64,000 nucleotides of DNA from Phoronis australis (lineage: Eukaryota > Animalia > Phoronida), in contig NMRA01000729.1 of assembly GCA_002633005.1 (NCBI GenBank), positions 62,001-126,000 of the forward strand, written 5' to 3'. Below the pieces are notes generated by a model. That model was given only the letters and a program-made list of their open reading frames with translations, was not told where the DNA came from and ran no database searches. This document shows positions 1 through 13,457 of the stretch, in pieces. The translations under genes were made by a program, and so were the position numbers. Every line of letters starts with the position of its first letter. Position 1 is the stretch's first letter.

Positions 1-820
1 GACAGCTATCAAGTCTTTACTTGGTGATCTTGATTGTGAAAGTACCCGATCACGATGGTAACGATACCCAAGTCAGATTAGCAACACCGCTAACTTGCAG
101 AACGCACTCTGTGTAAGGTTGCCTGCTTGCAACACGAATTCGCTGTTAAACTTTTAATTGATGATTTTGACTGGCAAAATATTTGGTGACCACGGCTTCC
201 AAGGAGTTGCCATAAAAAATATAACTCTTGATTTTGTCCGACTGACGAGCGCTGCAGGCGATAAATAATTGCATCATCTGTTTTGGCCTGTATACTTGCG
301 AGTTCTGACACGTGGTGACGTTTGACTGTTGACACCAAAAAGCTCTGATATCGAAATCGAAAATTTCGCTGGTGATCTGTACACTGGGCGAAATTTGAGG
401 GCCAAGCTTTTCGGAGAGCAAAAGTGATACGATCTTTGCCGCATGAAACCTGACTCAGTGTACCCGCGAAACGTTCGCAGTGACACTGTTAGATGTTTCA
501 TACACCTTGCGACTTATCCAGTCAGGACCGTAGCTAATAACAAGCGGCTTTACCAGATTGTGCATACCCAAATATTCGTACTTTTATATGTGCGTGTTTT
601 GGTCTCGATTGAAGAGACGGAAACGCATATTTTCGACAATGAAACCATCGAAAGTGTTAAGTTAATAATTGTTCAAAGACTTATACCTTCGTTCAGACCC
701 CTCTCCGAATTGTTTGTCACATCCATCAGGTGTTGATGCGGTGGTGTGACGTAGGATCAGACCTGAAACGACAAGTTTTGATGTTATGGTAGTTGTCATG
801 TTGTTTAGCCCACTGTGAGT
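1..820 (-). pseudogene. Decayed intronless ORF X, copy A (unknown Cys-containing protein)
   Basis: One minus-strand frame reads TITSKLVVSGLILRHTTASTPDGCDKQFGEGSERRYKSL...MHNLVKPLVISY...FDIRAFWCQQSNVTTCQNSQVYRP...CVLQVSGVANLTW...GTFTIKITK, with about 6 in-frame stops. The paralogue at 20470-24490 (+) keeps the same frame, with many synonymous differences (gtt/gtg, agc/agt, ggt/gga, ctg/cta, gac/gat). Confidence 0.65.
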
Positions 821-947
821 TGAAACCAGAAAACATTTTAATGAAACAGCCTCAGAGATAAGGACTGTAGGAATATATTGGCGAATACGATAATCTAACA
901 GACTGAATTGAGTTAAACGAGTTTCGGCAGGAAAACATTACAAGTTT

Positions 948-998
948 ATTATTATTATCATTATTATTATCATAATCATTATTATTATCATTATTATT
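948..998. repeat. (ATT/ATC)n microsatellite
   Basis: attattatcattattattat... tract; absent at the homologous position of the right arm. Confidence 0.9.
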
Positions 999-2639
999 AA
1001 GGATATGACAAGTGCCAAATCAACGATTTTAGCTATTTTTTCAAAGTAATTCAATAATTACTGTTCAAGTGAGAAAATAACAATTCGCTCCATTAGAAAT
1101 AGTGAACCTTTAGCCACAGAATAAATTTCATTAATGACATGTATTAAGAGTGTACTTGTACTTTGAAAATGTTAACTTCAACGCACGCCGCTGGAAATTT
1201 CGAAACGCGCAGCCAAATGTACCGTTGGTGCATACATGTAGATGGCGCTGAAGTCAAATATACACAAACTTCCATTTTAGATGTCAGTTACAGGTTGAGC
1301 ACGCTTGCGCTCCAGGTGAAATGACCTGAGTGTAACTGGTAATTCTGATCTTTTTCGTCTTTTAAGTAATTGACTTTTCTTCTTTTATTTAAACCAACAC
1401 CTTCTTTAATTTCGGAAATGTCCGAAAAAGTGAACTTCATTTTTTGAATAACGGAAAAGGGAGTTCTGTCGCAAACAAATTAATTTTTAATGCAAGGCAT
1501 AACTTCAAATTATATGAAAAATATTATAATAATATTCCAATCACGGTGGAAACTTGTTTTTCACTCCAACAACACAACAACTTGTATGAGCAATGACATT
1601 TTTAAACCAACAGCATCTTCATCGTCGCAATCGCATAAAGTTACAATTAAGTCTAAAAGTTCATATTAATGGGTGAAATAAACGACTGAGTTCAAAGTAC
1701 GACTTCGTGAGAAGACTTTTGTTTAAAAGTCAACAAAAGTTTTCCAAGATCTTGTTTGTGCATTTTTCATGTGAATGGTGTTCTTACGGGGACGCTCTTT
1801 TGAGGGTGCAATTTTTTGGAAGTTCCTAATAGACGTTAGCATAAGCCTTAAACTTCCAACTGGAAACTACACGTAATAAGTGCTGAAACTCGATGCAAGT
1901 CCATTTGCAATCACGAATATGTACAGGTACAGTAGGCCCAGGAGTACTGAGCGAACCTTTACTGCATTCAGCGCCCCTCAGCTTGCCAAATAGCAGTGCG
2001 TATTTTTTGATGATAGGGTGCGCCAGTGATGCTCCCCGATATTCTACATTAGTTTCCTTCCTCCCAAAAAAACTCGATTGCGCGCAGAAGTAAGTTGCAA
2101 TCAACAACTGAGTCGGAAAGCTTTTCGAAATGTTCAATAACCGGAATAAAAATGTTTCCATTTTATTCCGCACTCAGTTTAGAAATAATGTACATGTATG
2201 GGTTCAGAATGACTGTTAGTTCGTTATTGCTTCAGACCAGGCTAAATAGATGTCAACTTGCTACGTGAACGTTACTGCCCTGAAACCAAAAATTCAATAC
2301 ATAAGAAGCCGATGCAATGGTACCTACATGCTTGAGAAACGGTGTCTGAAGTTCAGGTTAACCTTGTCATACGCAATTCACCCCAGTGACACTAATATGC
2401 AATTGCATTTGAAATTACGTTAACATGTCACAAACCGTTGTTTTTCCTTGTGTTGTCTTCCTGGTTTTGGTAATAGTCACTCATAGGGGTCTGAATTTTG
2501 CCCGACTAATTCTCACTCAGTTTCCTGAATTTTCATGTCACCCCGGGTGATTGAATATTGAGCAAGTAACTAAGCTAATTATAAAAACACGCCGCACGCG
2601 ACATTCTCTCGCATCACAACATGTATGCAAATCAATAGA

Positions 2640-4760
2640 TTTTTTTTATTCTCCCAGTTCAACATAAGCAAGGACAATGGTCTGGGATTCCCTTGCCATT
2701 GAAAGAAAAGTTTACTACGCTAAAAGTATACTTGAACTGGATTTTGGAAATACATTTAAAAACATACAAGACAGTGCACTAGTAAATGCCTCTGAAAAAA
2801 GGAGAGAGTATTTTGGAGCGATGAAATATCCTTACATTGCAATTAAATTATACATTTTGACCATCTGTTTGTAAACTTTTTATTTCTATTTTTTGAATAA
2901 ATGCATTTTTCACAGGAGTAATATAGTTCAATTTTTGTCAATTTAATTAAATTTGAATGTTTACCATTGAAACGTTGCTTATATAAATGGAACTTGGAAA
3001 GACACAAGATTAAATTTTGAATTGGCTGGCTTCTACATCTGTTTCCAAAGCAAATTGTAAGTACATTTGTACCCAGAGAAATATTGGGTTTTTTCAAACC
3101 CAGTCTTCAACATTGTTCCAAAAATTTTGAACAGTATCACATTGCCAGTATAAGTTAAGCAAAGTCTCAGGTTCCCACTTACAAAACGTACACAAGGGGG
3201 AGTTACTGACCCCAATTGTAACAAGATAAGAGTTACAGCTGATTATCCTATTTGACAGTCTAAATAGAAACCAACGAAGTTTTGCATCAAGTGTAAAGTT
3301 CACAAAGTAGGCTTTTTCCACCATTCAAAAGTGTCTGGTATGGCAAGTTCTGCCTGCCACCTCATCTCAGACCAAGGCTTAGAATATTTGTGTAGCACAA
3401 AAGTGTTGTATACATGTTTCGTGCCCTTTTTGTCTGCAAGTAATAATTGGACAAAAACTGGGATACAGGGTGCATAGAAGAAAATTTTGTCTCTTTTTAG
3501 ATTTTCCATTTTGATTAACAGCCTATCTGAGCCCATTAACATTCTAAAATTGAACTTTTTGCAAAAATCATCAAGAGATAACAAATATCCATGCTCGTCT
3601 AGTAGGTCTGAGATATAATAAACACCCATTTCAAACCATTTTCTCCAAAACACTGTTTCTCCACCAATCAAAACATTAGTGTTATACCAAATTGGTTGAT
3701 AAGGTATTTCCTGCTGAAAACTCATATAGAAAGTTAAATAGTTCCTTACAAAAAGTTTCTCATTTTGACATGCGGCATGCAGTGCTGTAGTGGGCCAAGA
3801 TGGAGGTAGGTGCAGCCAACCACCTTTTTGCACTTTAACTTAGCACCTACCCACTGTCAAAAGGAGGCCTTCATGTTTGTGAGTCAAATTCTGGGAGTTC
3901 AATGTTCCTTTAAAATTCTGCGCTCAAGGGGATACGATGGGCTTTGGGTGCCTACATGTACTTACCTCAAATTTTACCACTAGAGCACTGGCGGAATGTT
4001 TGTAGAAATACTTCCCAAATGTTAGACAATCCAATGATACTAAATCAGTGTTTAATAGAAGACTTAACCATGCTGTAGAATTTGTGGCTTTTAACGTCCT
4101 ACGCTTCCATGTTAACTGCTTTTAGAAAGAGTAAACATCTATCAGTTTACAACCACCAGAGTCATAATGTTGAATCATGGTTTTGCGATTAATTCTGTCC
4201 CATTTTCCTCTCCAAATGTAACTAAAAACAGTTTTTCTAAATCTTTACAGAACAGATTGCTGGGGACTGGCAAATATGACAAAACATGGATCAGTTTTCG
4301 GAGAAGAAATGATTTGACCACAGTAACTTTGCCAAGAGTAACTTTCTTTTTGACCATCTTATATTTTCCTTTTTAGTTTCAACCAACTTGCGATCAATTA
4401 CTCATTTCCTGGATGTCGGTAGAAAAAACATTCCCGAGCATAGTAAACAGTGAGATAGGCCATTTTAAATTCTTTTTCAGAACAAACCCTTAAATTGCTT
4501 TGCGTCATACAACCTATCTAGACACAAGTTGTTTTTCCTAATTTTGAGTACTTTGAGAACTGGTCAAGTAGATCAAGGGAGTTTTTAATGGTCTTCCGGA
4601 AGCATCGAGGATGATAGCAATGTCTTCTGCATATTGTACTAGTTTAAATTCTTTAACATCAATCTAGATACATTTTATATTTTTGTTTTTCCTGAAGAGA
4701 TTTCCCATAATTTTAGCACATAGCAGAAAAGATAGGGAATGCAACCGCTAACCATTTCAA
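2640..4760 (-). mobile_element. 5'-truncated, degraded Tx1/L1-clade LINE (ORF2 C-terminal part)
   Basis: Minus-strand fragments: YLFCYVLKLWE/IKEFKLVQYAEDI-like RT end, KVTLGKVTVVKSFLLRKLIHVLSYLPVP, QPIWYNTNVLIGG..FWRKWFEMGV and zinc knuckle PLCTFCKWEPETLLNLYWQC. Poly(T) at 2640 is the poly(A) tail. Absent from the right arm. Confidence 0.85.
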
Positions 4761-4939
4761 AAGGCAGGGAAACCACCTAAAATATAGAAAAGCGTTACAA
4801 TGGCCTCTCATGAAGATGTTGGTTTAAAAGTTCCAGACATGACCCTTATAAAGGAAGGCCTTTTAGTCAACTGGAAGTTGGAAGTTTTATCCACAATTTA
4901 TCCTCCAGAGTTGTGGTGGTGAGCTGTTTTGGTCATGTA

Positions 4940-6112
4940 ATTTTAAAGTAAACAAACTGTTTAGAACGGTAAATGATGTTTTATTGAGAAGTTATGTTGG
5001 TGAGTGAGAAGTTGAATCATAATGCTTTTAAGGATGTGCCTGTTTGTGATCAAATTATATGGCATAACAGAGAGATAACACTTAATACTTAATAATAAGT
5101 CACTATATTATAAAGAGTTTGCTAAGAATGGGCTATGTTTCATCAATGACTTTCTTGATGCTGAAAATAAGATTTTATCGTGGGAGGTGCTCGAGGCAAA
5201 ATATAAGTTGAAAGATTCGCAAATTCTCAGTTTTAATTCAGTATGTATTTTATCTAGAAAAAATGATCAAAGCCATCAGCGATTGGTTGGCTGCAACAAT
5301 AAAATTTGGTTAGATTATAAAAAATGCAAAAGGAAAAATCAAGAGTACTTTGTTACAAAAGTATTGCAAAAAAAACAGATAATTATGAAAAATTGTCGCA
5401 GCAATACTCAAAACAAGATATCCAAAAAATTCATTCCTTGCCTTTTACACTTCCCATCGATCCATGCATTAAATCTTTTAAGTATATGTTGTTACATAAC
5501 AGAATGTATACTAACTCTTTGTTATGTAAGATGAAGATTGTTAATTCAGATAAATGTCCCTATTGTAATCTAGTACAGAGTACTGAACACATGTTTTTCC
5601 TTTGTGATGTAGTGCAAAGATTGTTGATTAATGTTCAGGATATTTTGACATCTTCCCTTAAGGAAGAAGTCAGAATAACCAAAAATGAATTCATGTTTTG
5701 CCATTTAAGTTCTGAATTCTCCCTGTTGATTAATTATGTTATCACTATTGCCCAATATTTATTTATTTACGTAGCCAACAACAGTTGCATCCAGATTGGT
5801 CCGCCCTTAAGTAATTCGTGTCAAAGTATATTAAAATTACAATATTTAATTTTGAAAATCAAAAAGAACCAGGCCAACATTAATATTACAATGTGGGAGA
5901 GCATCATTGCTGCCATGCAATTAATCCGTAATAGCTGCAATATATTTAATTCATATATTGTTTAATGGTATTACTATTAAATGATGAAGTGTGTGTGAAT
6001 GAGTGTGTGAGAGTGAGAGTGAATGTCCTTACCCCATTCCCCCTTGTTCACCCTTTAAAAAATTATAAGTGTATATTGTTGAAGAATAAAATTGTTAAAA
6101 AAGAAAGAAAAA
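4940..6112 (+). mobile_element. 3' fragment of a second Tx1/L1-like LINE
   Basis: QIIWHNREI..., LLHNRMYTNSLLCKMKIVNSDKCPYCNLVQSTEHMFFLC (zf-RVT-type CCHC); AATAAA followed by an A-rich tail at about 6085-6112. Confidence 0.85.
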
Positions 6113-6849
6113 TCCCATGCTAGTTTGTCATACGCACCAGATCTTAAACTGTTGCCCACAACTCTAGACAAGTGTGTCATGTTCAAATTCGCAATTTTAA
6201 AGTTTGCCAATCCAAATAAACTGGCTCGGTTTTTTTAGTTGCCAATGGTTTCGATGTTAGTTTGGGTAACGGAAGTTGTCATGTTACTATAAAGAAAATA
6301 TTGAGACTACTTTTGCAAGAGTAAGGGGCCTAATACAAATATTTCTTTTTGTCAGCTAAACGGGGAAAAGTGTAGTTTCAAGGGAAAAACTAAGGCAAAT
6401 ACACGTATGTACAGTAACGCCACACGAGTTGGGTGCATGCATCGGACGGATGACGTTGACGGATTTAGCAGTCTAGTCACTTCTCTCGAGAAAATTACAA
6501 TGGGTGGAATGTTATAACAGAAATATCACCAACTAATCTCTGTTTCAGAAATAATGTTTTGATGTTCAAATTTGTAGACGATACGAGATAAGCTTTAGAT
6601 TTTAAAAAGTTGCTTTTGTTGAATTGTGCTGGTTTGAACAAATTACGTGGATTAGCTACCGCAATGCCGTTATAAAATGGCGACGGTTTTGTTACCTGTT
6701 AGTTGTTTAATCCCGTATGACAAGAAGAACGATTATCGATTATTGATTATCTATTCAATTTTAATACAGTAAAACTAAAATTGCTAAATTACACAATTGC
6801 TAAATTACACAAATGTGATGTATTTGAGCGCGAAAACCTACTTCGAAAT

Positions 6850-9800
6850 ACTCGTCAAATTTTTCTGCAAATACTTCATTTTCCTCAATATCTCGACTAA
6901 CTCATCTAACTATGATCTCAACAACAAGAATTAAAACACGCCTGCAAAGTTACACAGATGGCGAAGAAGACGAAAACCTTGTTGAAGCACTTCTGAGGGC
7001 GTTCTCAAATGACAAGATTCAACACGCCCTGTACTCCAAATTTATTTAACCACATATTTCCACCATCACGGCGAAATACGAGGATACCATACGTGGCAAA
7101 GACAGTGAGATTGTATCATTGAAAGCTGAAGTGGATCAACTCAAACTTAACCTGGATTTACAAGAACAATACAGCAGAAGAGAATGTGTCATTGTAAGTG
7201 GAATCAAAGAAGACAACAACGAGGACGTTATTAGCAAGGTTATTAACATTGGCTAAAAGATAGACATCAACTTGACACGCAAAGACATAAGCAGAGCCCA
7301 CAAACTAGGTAAACCATCAGCAAATAAAACCAGAAACCTTATGTGCAAATTCATTTCTTATACCGATCGTCTAACCTTTATCAAAAAAACGCAAACTTCT
7401 GGCCGGTGACACGATCTTGATCAGTCTAACTAAGCGACGATCAGCCTTGTTCTACAAATGCCGCCAAACGTGTAATGATAGAAACAGCCCTTGCGAGAAA
7501 ACCTGGACAACTGACATCCCACAGATCATAGATCCAGTGCAGGACATTTCTCACACTGTCATTGTAAGTTAAACATAATATTACCAAGTAATTATGAGGT
7601 GTCATTTCTGACAGCGTGAGCAAGTTGCACTTGTATGTTTCTTTAAGATGGACTCATGTCATGCCAATGTACTGTATGTTAAGTATCAGATACAGTATAA
7701 TGTTTTGCTACTCAGAATTAATCCACCAGCCTGTCAGTATAGTAAACCAGTTATGCTTCACTTTTACCGTTCATTCACTTTTATCCTATTAGCACCCCCT
7801 GGTGGTTCATATTCCAACAACACAAGCCTCTGGTGTTTTCTTCCACGACAGTATGTCCATTTTTTCCATTCAGTTTGACTAGTCCTCAATGTTTTCGTAT
7901 CTCTTACGTACCATAACCCTAATGTGTACACACTAGGCCAGTAACTCGTTTTTAACCCAATGAAGTAAAATTGTAATTCTCTGAACCTCGCCCCTCGCTG
8001 ATTTTGTCCCGTTAGGCCTGAACGGCCATGTTCGTGGGCTTATTAAGTGTTCGTAAATGTAAGTTAGTACGGTTGATGATTACTGCGCACCTGTGGTGCG
8101 CTTGGTAAGCAATCTGGAAACCTTACACGAACGATATGCCGACATCCCGATTATGTTTCTGACGTTCATTACCTAATGTTTAACTCGTGATTTACACCTG
8201 GTATTTTAATTTCCATTTGTTACCGAGAAAAACTGTGCAAACAAACCAAGACAAACCCTCGCAAAACACAATCCAACGCTACATGCTACAACAATCTTAA
8301 AGAATACAACACGATTCTCAAAAAAACCATTGGTTCCTCCAAGCAATCTTACTATTATGACACATTCGAAAAAGGGAAGTCTGATATAAATAAAACATGG
8401 GATACAATAAAGACAATTATGAACAACGGCGTCCGAACAAAAATGATACCCCAGAATGTCTCTTACGTTCAGATAACACTAAAACCAGTGACCTACCCGA
8501 AATGGCAAGTTTATTCAACACCTACTTTACCCAAATCGGTCCATAGCTTTCTGGATTAATAACCTTGATAAAAAACAAAAATTTCGAAGAGTATCTTCCC
8601 ACGCCAAACAAATTTAAGTTATCTTTCAAACTAATTTATAATAAACATTTACTAGATATTATAAGAGACATGGATGCAAAAATAGTACTGGTCATGACAA
8701 TTTATCATCTAGAATTATCAAACTAAGCAGTCCTTTTATAATTGAACCTCTCACGACCATCTTCAACCAGTGCTTGCTCACTGGTATATTTCCAGATGTT
8801 CTAAAGATTGCTAAGGTAATCCCAGTTCTTAAACAACATGGTTTGGACCCAGAGCACCAAGGCAGTTACAGACACATTTCTATTCTTCCAACAATCTCAA
8901 AAATTATAAAAAAAAATATCCGTACTCAACTTTCAACTTTCCTAAATGAAAATGATATTCTTAATAAACATCAATATGGTTTCAGGAAATGTCACTCTAC
9001 AAAACTTGCTTCGCTTGAACTTTTAGACCGCATTTGTCCCCATCTTGATAATGACATGAATCCCCTGGTCATCTTTCTCGATCTCTCTAAAGCTTTCAAC
9101 ACAATAGACCATCAAATACTCTTCCAAACGATAGATCACTATGGTATTACTGGAGTTCAGTATACACTGTTTAAAAGTTATCTCTCAAACCCCACCCATT
9201 ATGTTTCACTAAGATATACAACTTCCAGTTGGTTACCAATATCTACCAGAGTTCCCCAAGGCTCTGTCCTTGGCCCACTTCTCTTCCTAGTTTACATAAA
9301 TGATCTTTCGTTTTCTTTTCCCATGGACATACTTCTTTATGCTGACGACACTTGCCTCATCGCACCTTACAAACTGACTGAATCTTCCCAACACACTTTA
9401 CAGCAATCAAACACCATCAACAACAACCTTAAATCTATTTCAGACTGATTTTCCGTAAACAAACTTTCAATAAACACATCAAAAAGCAAATTAATGATCT
9501 TCCACTATCCCCAAAAGAAAATTGAAAATGTATTATTCCCACCATTTATGTAAATAGCAAAACAATATGTCATGTGAACAGTTTTCCTTTCCTTGGTATT
9601 ATTGTTGACAAAAACGTCTAATGGTCCCCCACATTAATCTAATCTCAAACTAAACAATCTCGGTGGACTCATATATAAATTCAAATCTTATCATCTTCTT
9701 CCAACTCTCGAGTTAATATATAATCCACTTGTCCTCCCACATTTAAACTGTGGAATTGCAACTTGGGGTTTTGGCAACACTAAGAAACTTCAGACAGCCC

Positions 9801-10545
9801 AGAAGAGAATCCTTGGGAATATATCAAATTCCAGTTACAGTATAATGCTCATTGTCTGCCCATATGTAAGGAAATTTGCCTCCCTCTACTTCAAGACATC
9901 TTTAAAATCTCAACTGCAAAATTTTACAACAAATTTCTCAATAATTAGCTTCCTAAGTATTTTTACACTAACAACTTCTTTAGTAAACCCACCCAATATA
10001 AACCAACGAGACACATTAAAACTCCTACATACCTGAATCAATACTCAGCTGCTTTTCCGACAATACAACCCAAAATGTTAATTCCTCCGTCTAACAAATT
10101 GTCACCAAGAGCCTGTATTAGATTTGAGATTCCTCGACTAATAAACAACAATGAAATACCAGTCTCTGCTCTAGATATGATAAAAACATTCTTTGCAAGC
10201 ATTCTCCAGGTTCTTAACCAATTTTATTATTAGCAACTATGATCCAGTTCGTCATATTTCCAATTGCTTCATATGTAACAGTATCTAATTGAATTCTCAT
10301 AATCTCCTGAGCTGCGCCAGTCCACTTCTTGGTTCCTGGCGTGTCGGTCTTTTTCAGCACTAATTCACTTTGTTTTCTTAATATTCCTACTGATTTTTGC
10401 ATTACCATTTATTTATTTTGTACAGGGGACCGTCTTAATAGCGGTCAATAACCTTTAGAAGGCCTCCTAATTGAAATCAAAATTTAATCATTGTAGTATT
10501 ATAATTTAACGTAAATAAAGGGGGTTTTCTCTCTGTTTTCTCTCT
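6850..10545 (+). mobile_element. Degraded CR1/L2-group LINE (ORF1 remnant plus RT)
   Basis: ORF1 motif LQEQYSRRECVIVSGIKE...DISRAHKLGK...KF at about 7150-7400. RT motifs HQYGFRKCHST, IFLDLSKAFNTIDH, VPQGSVLGPLLFLVYINDL and YADDT at 8774-9448. AATAAA and a (CT)-rich tail at about 10514-10545. The endonuclease region is not recognisable. Confidence 0.9.
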
Positions 10546-11904
10546 CAATTCAACAGCTGGCAGGTTTTGGATAAGGAAATATCATAGTGGAAATGTACAA
10601 AAGCATCCTTTTGATGTCATCGAGCGCGAAAAGAACACAGATGACTCGTAACAGACATTTCTTATTGATTCCTCAGCAGCTGTCTACAGCACACAATGAA
10701 ACAGTGCAGCCAAGAACGACAGTACTTACACGCAGTTATTAGAAACGCCGCCAGATCTCGAGTCATCGTCACTGGAAGAACTGTGCTGCGCTTTTAACTT
10801 CCCGGAGCATATCACTGTTTGTTTTATTAGCAGAAATGGTAATCAAAATAAGATATCATTTTCCGCTATGTAGGTCACATCGCTTTAACCATGATGCGAC
10901 GGTTGAAATTCGATATACGGAAGGTTTGTTTTTAGACATAAAAAGCACTATAATAATACATCAAGAATTCGTTAATCCAAAGTTACACTGACATGTTTTC
11001 AACAAAAAGTTATAAAATGTAAATGATGTAGTCACAAAAGCTCCGTGATAATGTACACATACTGAAAACCATTCGTGTTGTTATCAATATCTTTGAATTT
11101 AGTATTATAAATGACAGTATCTAAGAAGGACGTTAAAAAATGGAATGTCGTGTTCAGAAAACTTGTCTCCGATATAAATGCGTCTTAAATATTATTTTTT
11201 CAGAATCTCACTTGCCATTTTCGACACTGTGATTGCAATAGCGACGGACACTGTTTGTTTTGGTTCTTTGCTTCCATTGCATGTTGTTGTTTTTTTATAT
11301 CTGCGAAATGTGTGTTAGAGTAAAACGGTTGCAGCGAAACTTTTGTAGAGCAAATTAAGTCAGATTTGGTTGGAATGTTTTCTTTTGGTTTTTTTAATAG
11401 TCTAAGAATCCAAAGGTTTAATATACAATAGTACTGAGGTCCAACTATTATTTCCCGTATTATTTTTATGCAGCTATTTATGCTAACACCTCATACCTGT
11501 TTTATACCGATTTGAATATCACCTCCGAAATATGGCGCTGCATGAGATTTTTAAATATGTCTTCATTTTTGCTGATTTGAATAAGCTGTGATATGTGTAG
11601 AGCAAGTTCAGGGTAGTTCAGAGATATTTCCGTGTACTTTGAACAAATACCCCGTGATTTTGGATAGATTTTAGTGAGGTCCTAGCGGAGGTCCTAGAGC
11701 TACTGAACTCTTCCCTGGTAGGTATTCACGTGTCAATCCACCTGCACCTAGTGTCTTGTTTATCGTCTGTCTTAAAACCTTCAATTTGATATGTTTAGTC
11801 ATCTGCTACTCCAATTTTGACGTTCAGTTTGCGGTTTCTTTTTGTAATTCGTAGTGGAAGTTGAGGAAATTGTAAGTATATTGTCCTCAAATATGTTGGC
11901 GTTA

Positions 11905-12098
11905 GGGAGGAAGAGAGACAGGGGGAGGGAGGGAGGAACGGAGAGAGGGAACGAGGGGAACGCATGGGGAGGGATAAAGGGATGAGGGGAGAGGAGAGTG
12001 AGAGAGAGGGAGAGAGGGGGGGAGAGAGAGAGAGGGAGAGAGAGAGAGAGAGGAGGAGGAGGAGAGAGAGAGAGAGAGAAGGGGGAGAAAAGGAGGGT
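11905..12098. repeat. Polypurine (GA/GGA)n tract
   Basis: About 190 bp of almost pure G/A; source of the spurious Ser/Leu/Pro and Arg/Glu ORFs. Confidence 0.9.
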
Positions 12099-12429
12099 GG
12101 TAAAAAGACTATTCCAAGAGATGTCAAATGGCAGACTTGAAATATGTAGTGCACACATGCAACTTTTTTCTGAAACTTAACTTTCCTACGTTTTTAATAA
12201 TAAATGTGGTTCTGACTGTTTCACTGCTCATCTAAATGTGATAGTCTTGACATCTAAAGCTATGTTAGGTCACCAGTGGAGAGAGTAAAGTAATAAACCT
12301 CCCCAAAACAAAATAATCTGGTTATCTAACAGTGTGCAAACGTCTGTCTCAAGAATACTGCACTTTCCCCACAAAAAGTTCTGCTTAACTGATGGACAAA
12401 CAATTTATTTTATTCGGAAACGTGTATAT

Positions 12430-13457
12430 CTAATTACTTTGAGATGATGGTGGTTGGTGAACTTGTTTTCGAAGAGTTCATTCAAACATTGCGTACATTG
12501 CGCTTCTAGAAAGAATTGTCTGCTGACTGACCTTCCGGTGCCTTTATAACAAAAAGTTCAGGATAGCTCATGAACTTTACTTCTCTCTTAGAAATCCTCA
12601 TATTCCAATAAAAACTGGTCAGACAAGAGGAGTTACATGGCTACATATCAGTCAAACATTTTATTGATTTGATATCAAAGAAGTTAGTTCGGGCTGAAAA
12701 AGCGTTGCAATGTTTACTAAACGGGACACCAAGAAATGAGCGCTCATGTTTGCCTACAAGACATAAATTCCAGAAAGGACGATCTACATACGCTTCTCCG
12801 GAAATTCTGTATAGTCACTCAGCTGTGTTACGGCAAATAGACGTTTCATTATTGAAAAAAATGTACTGAGCTGACATATAACCCCAGTGGAACTTCCTCA
12901 TTCAAAGCAACTCCCTCTTTGGTGATCTAGGCCAAGTGTAGTACTCGAACGTCAGAACTCGTTTTCTGTTACAGGCAGAGAGTCTTCCGTCTAGAACATG
13001 GATTAAAAGTTTCGAGGTCGAAACAAGCTCACTATATTTAAAGGGGCATTTCGCAGTTGTTAACCTATTTACGCTGCTTAACTTACAACCGAAGCGCTTC
13101 GGGCCTTAGGAAATTACCACATCTGATCTTGGACTGTTGCAGAATGAACCGGTTACTTAAGTCACAGGCAATGAGTACCTGATCTATTTGAATTCACGGT
13201 TTAGGGATGATCAGCCGCAATGAATTCTGAAGCATCCTGAGTTGGCTGATGAGAGGAGGCCATGTGACGGATATTCCCCTCAGTGGAAGTTTCCCATCAG
13301 GAAGGCACATGTACAAGACTTGGTCGATTGTCTTCATGGGAACTTTTATTTACTTTCATCTGCCGTCTTGGTTGTAATATACTTTACCAGGAAAAGATGC
13401 ATCTCGCCGTTTCTGAAGCTGATCATAGCATTAAAACATGAGCTTGTCTGGGTTTAG
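12430..13457 (+). pseudogene. Decayed intronless ORF Y, copy A (most diverged)
   Basis: ORFs 12669-12869 and 13242-13457 share one frame that runs about 340 codons with about 11 stops. Peptide blocks GELVFEEFI, FTSLLEI, LHGYISV, KFQKG and LSSAVLVVI align in order with Y copies B and C. Confidence 0.45.

Noticed and set aside
10550-10860. Faint similarity to 35340-35600
   Set aside because: Only two short word matches, and the orientation is inconsistent with the Y cassette; likely chance
11795-12180. Ser/Leu/Pro and Arg/Glu-rich ORFs
   Set aside because: Translations of a GA microsatellite
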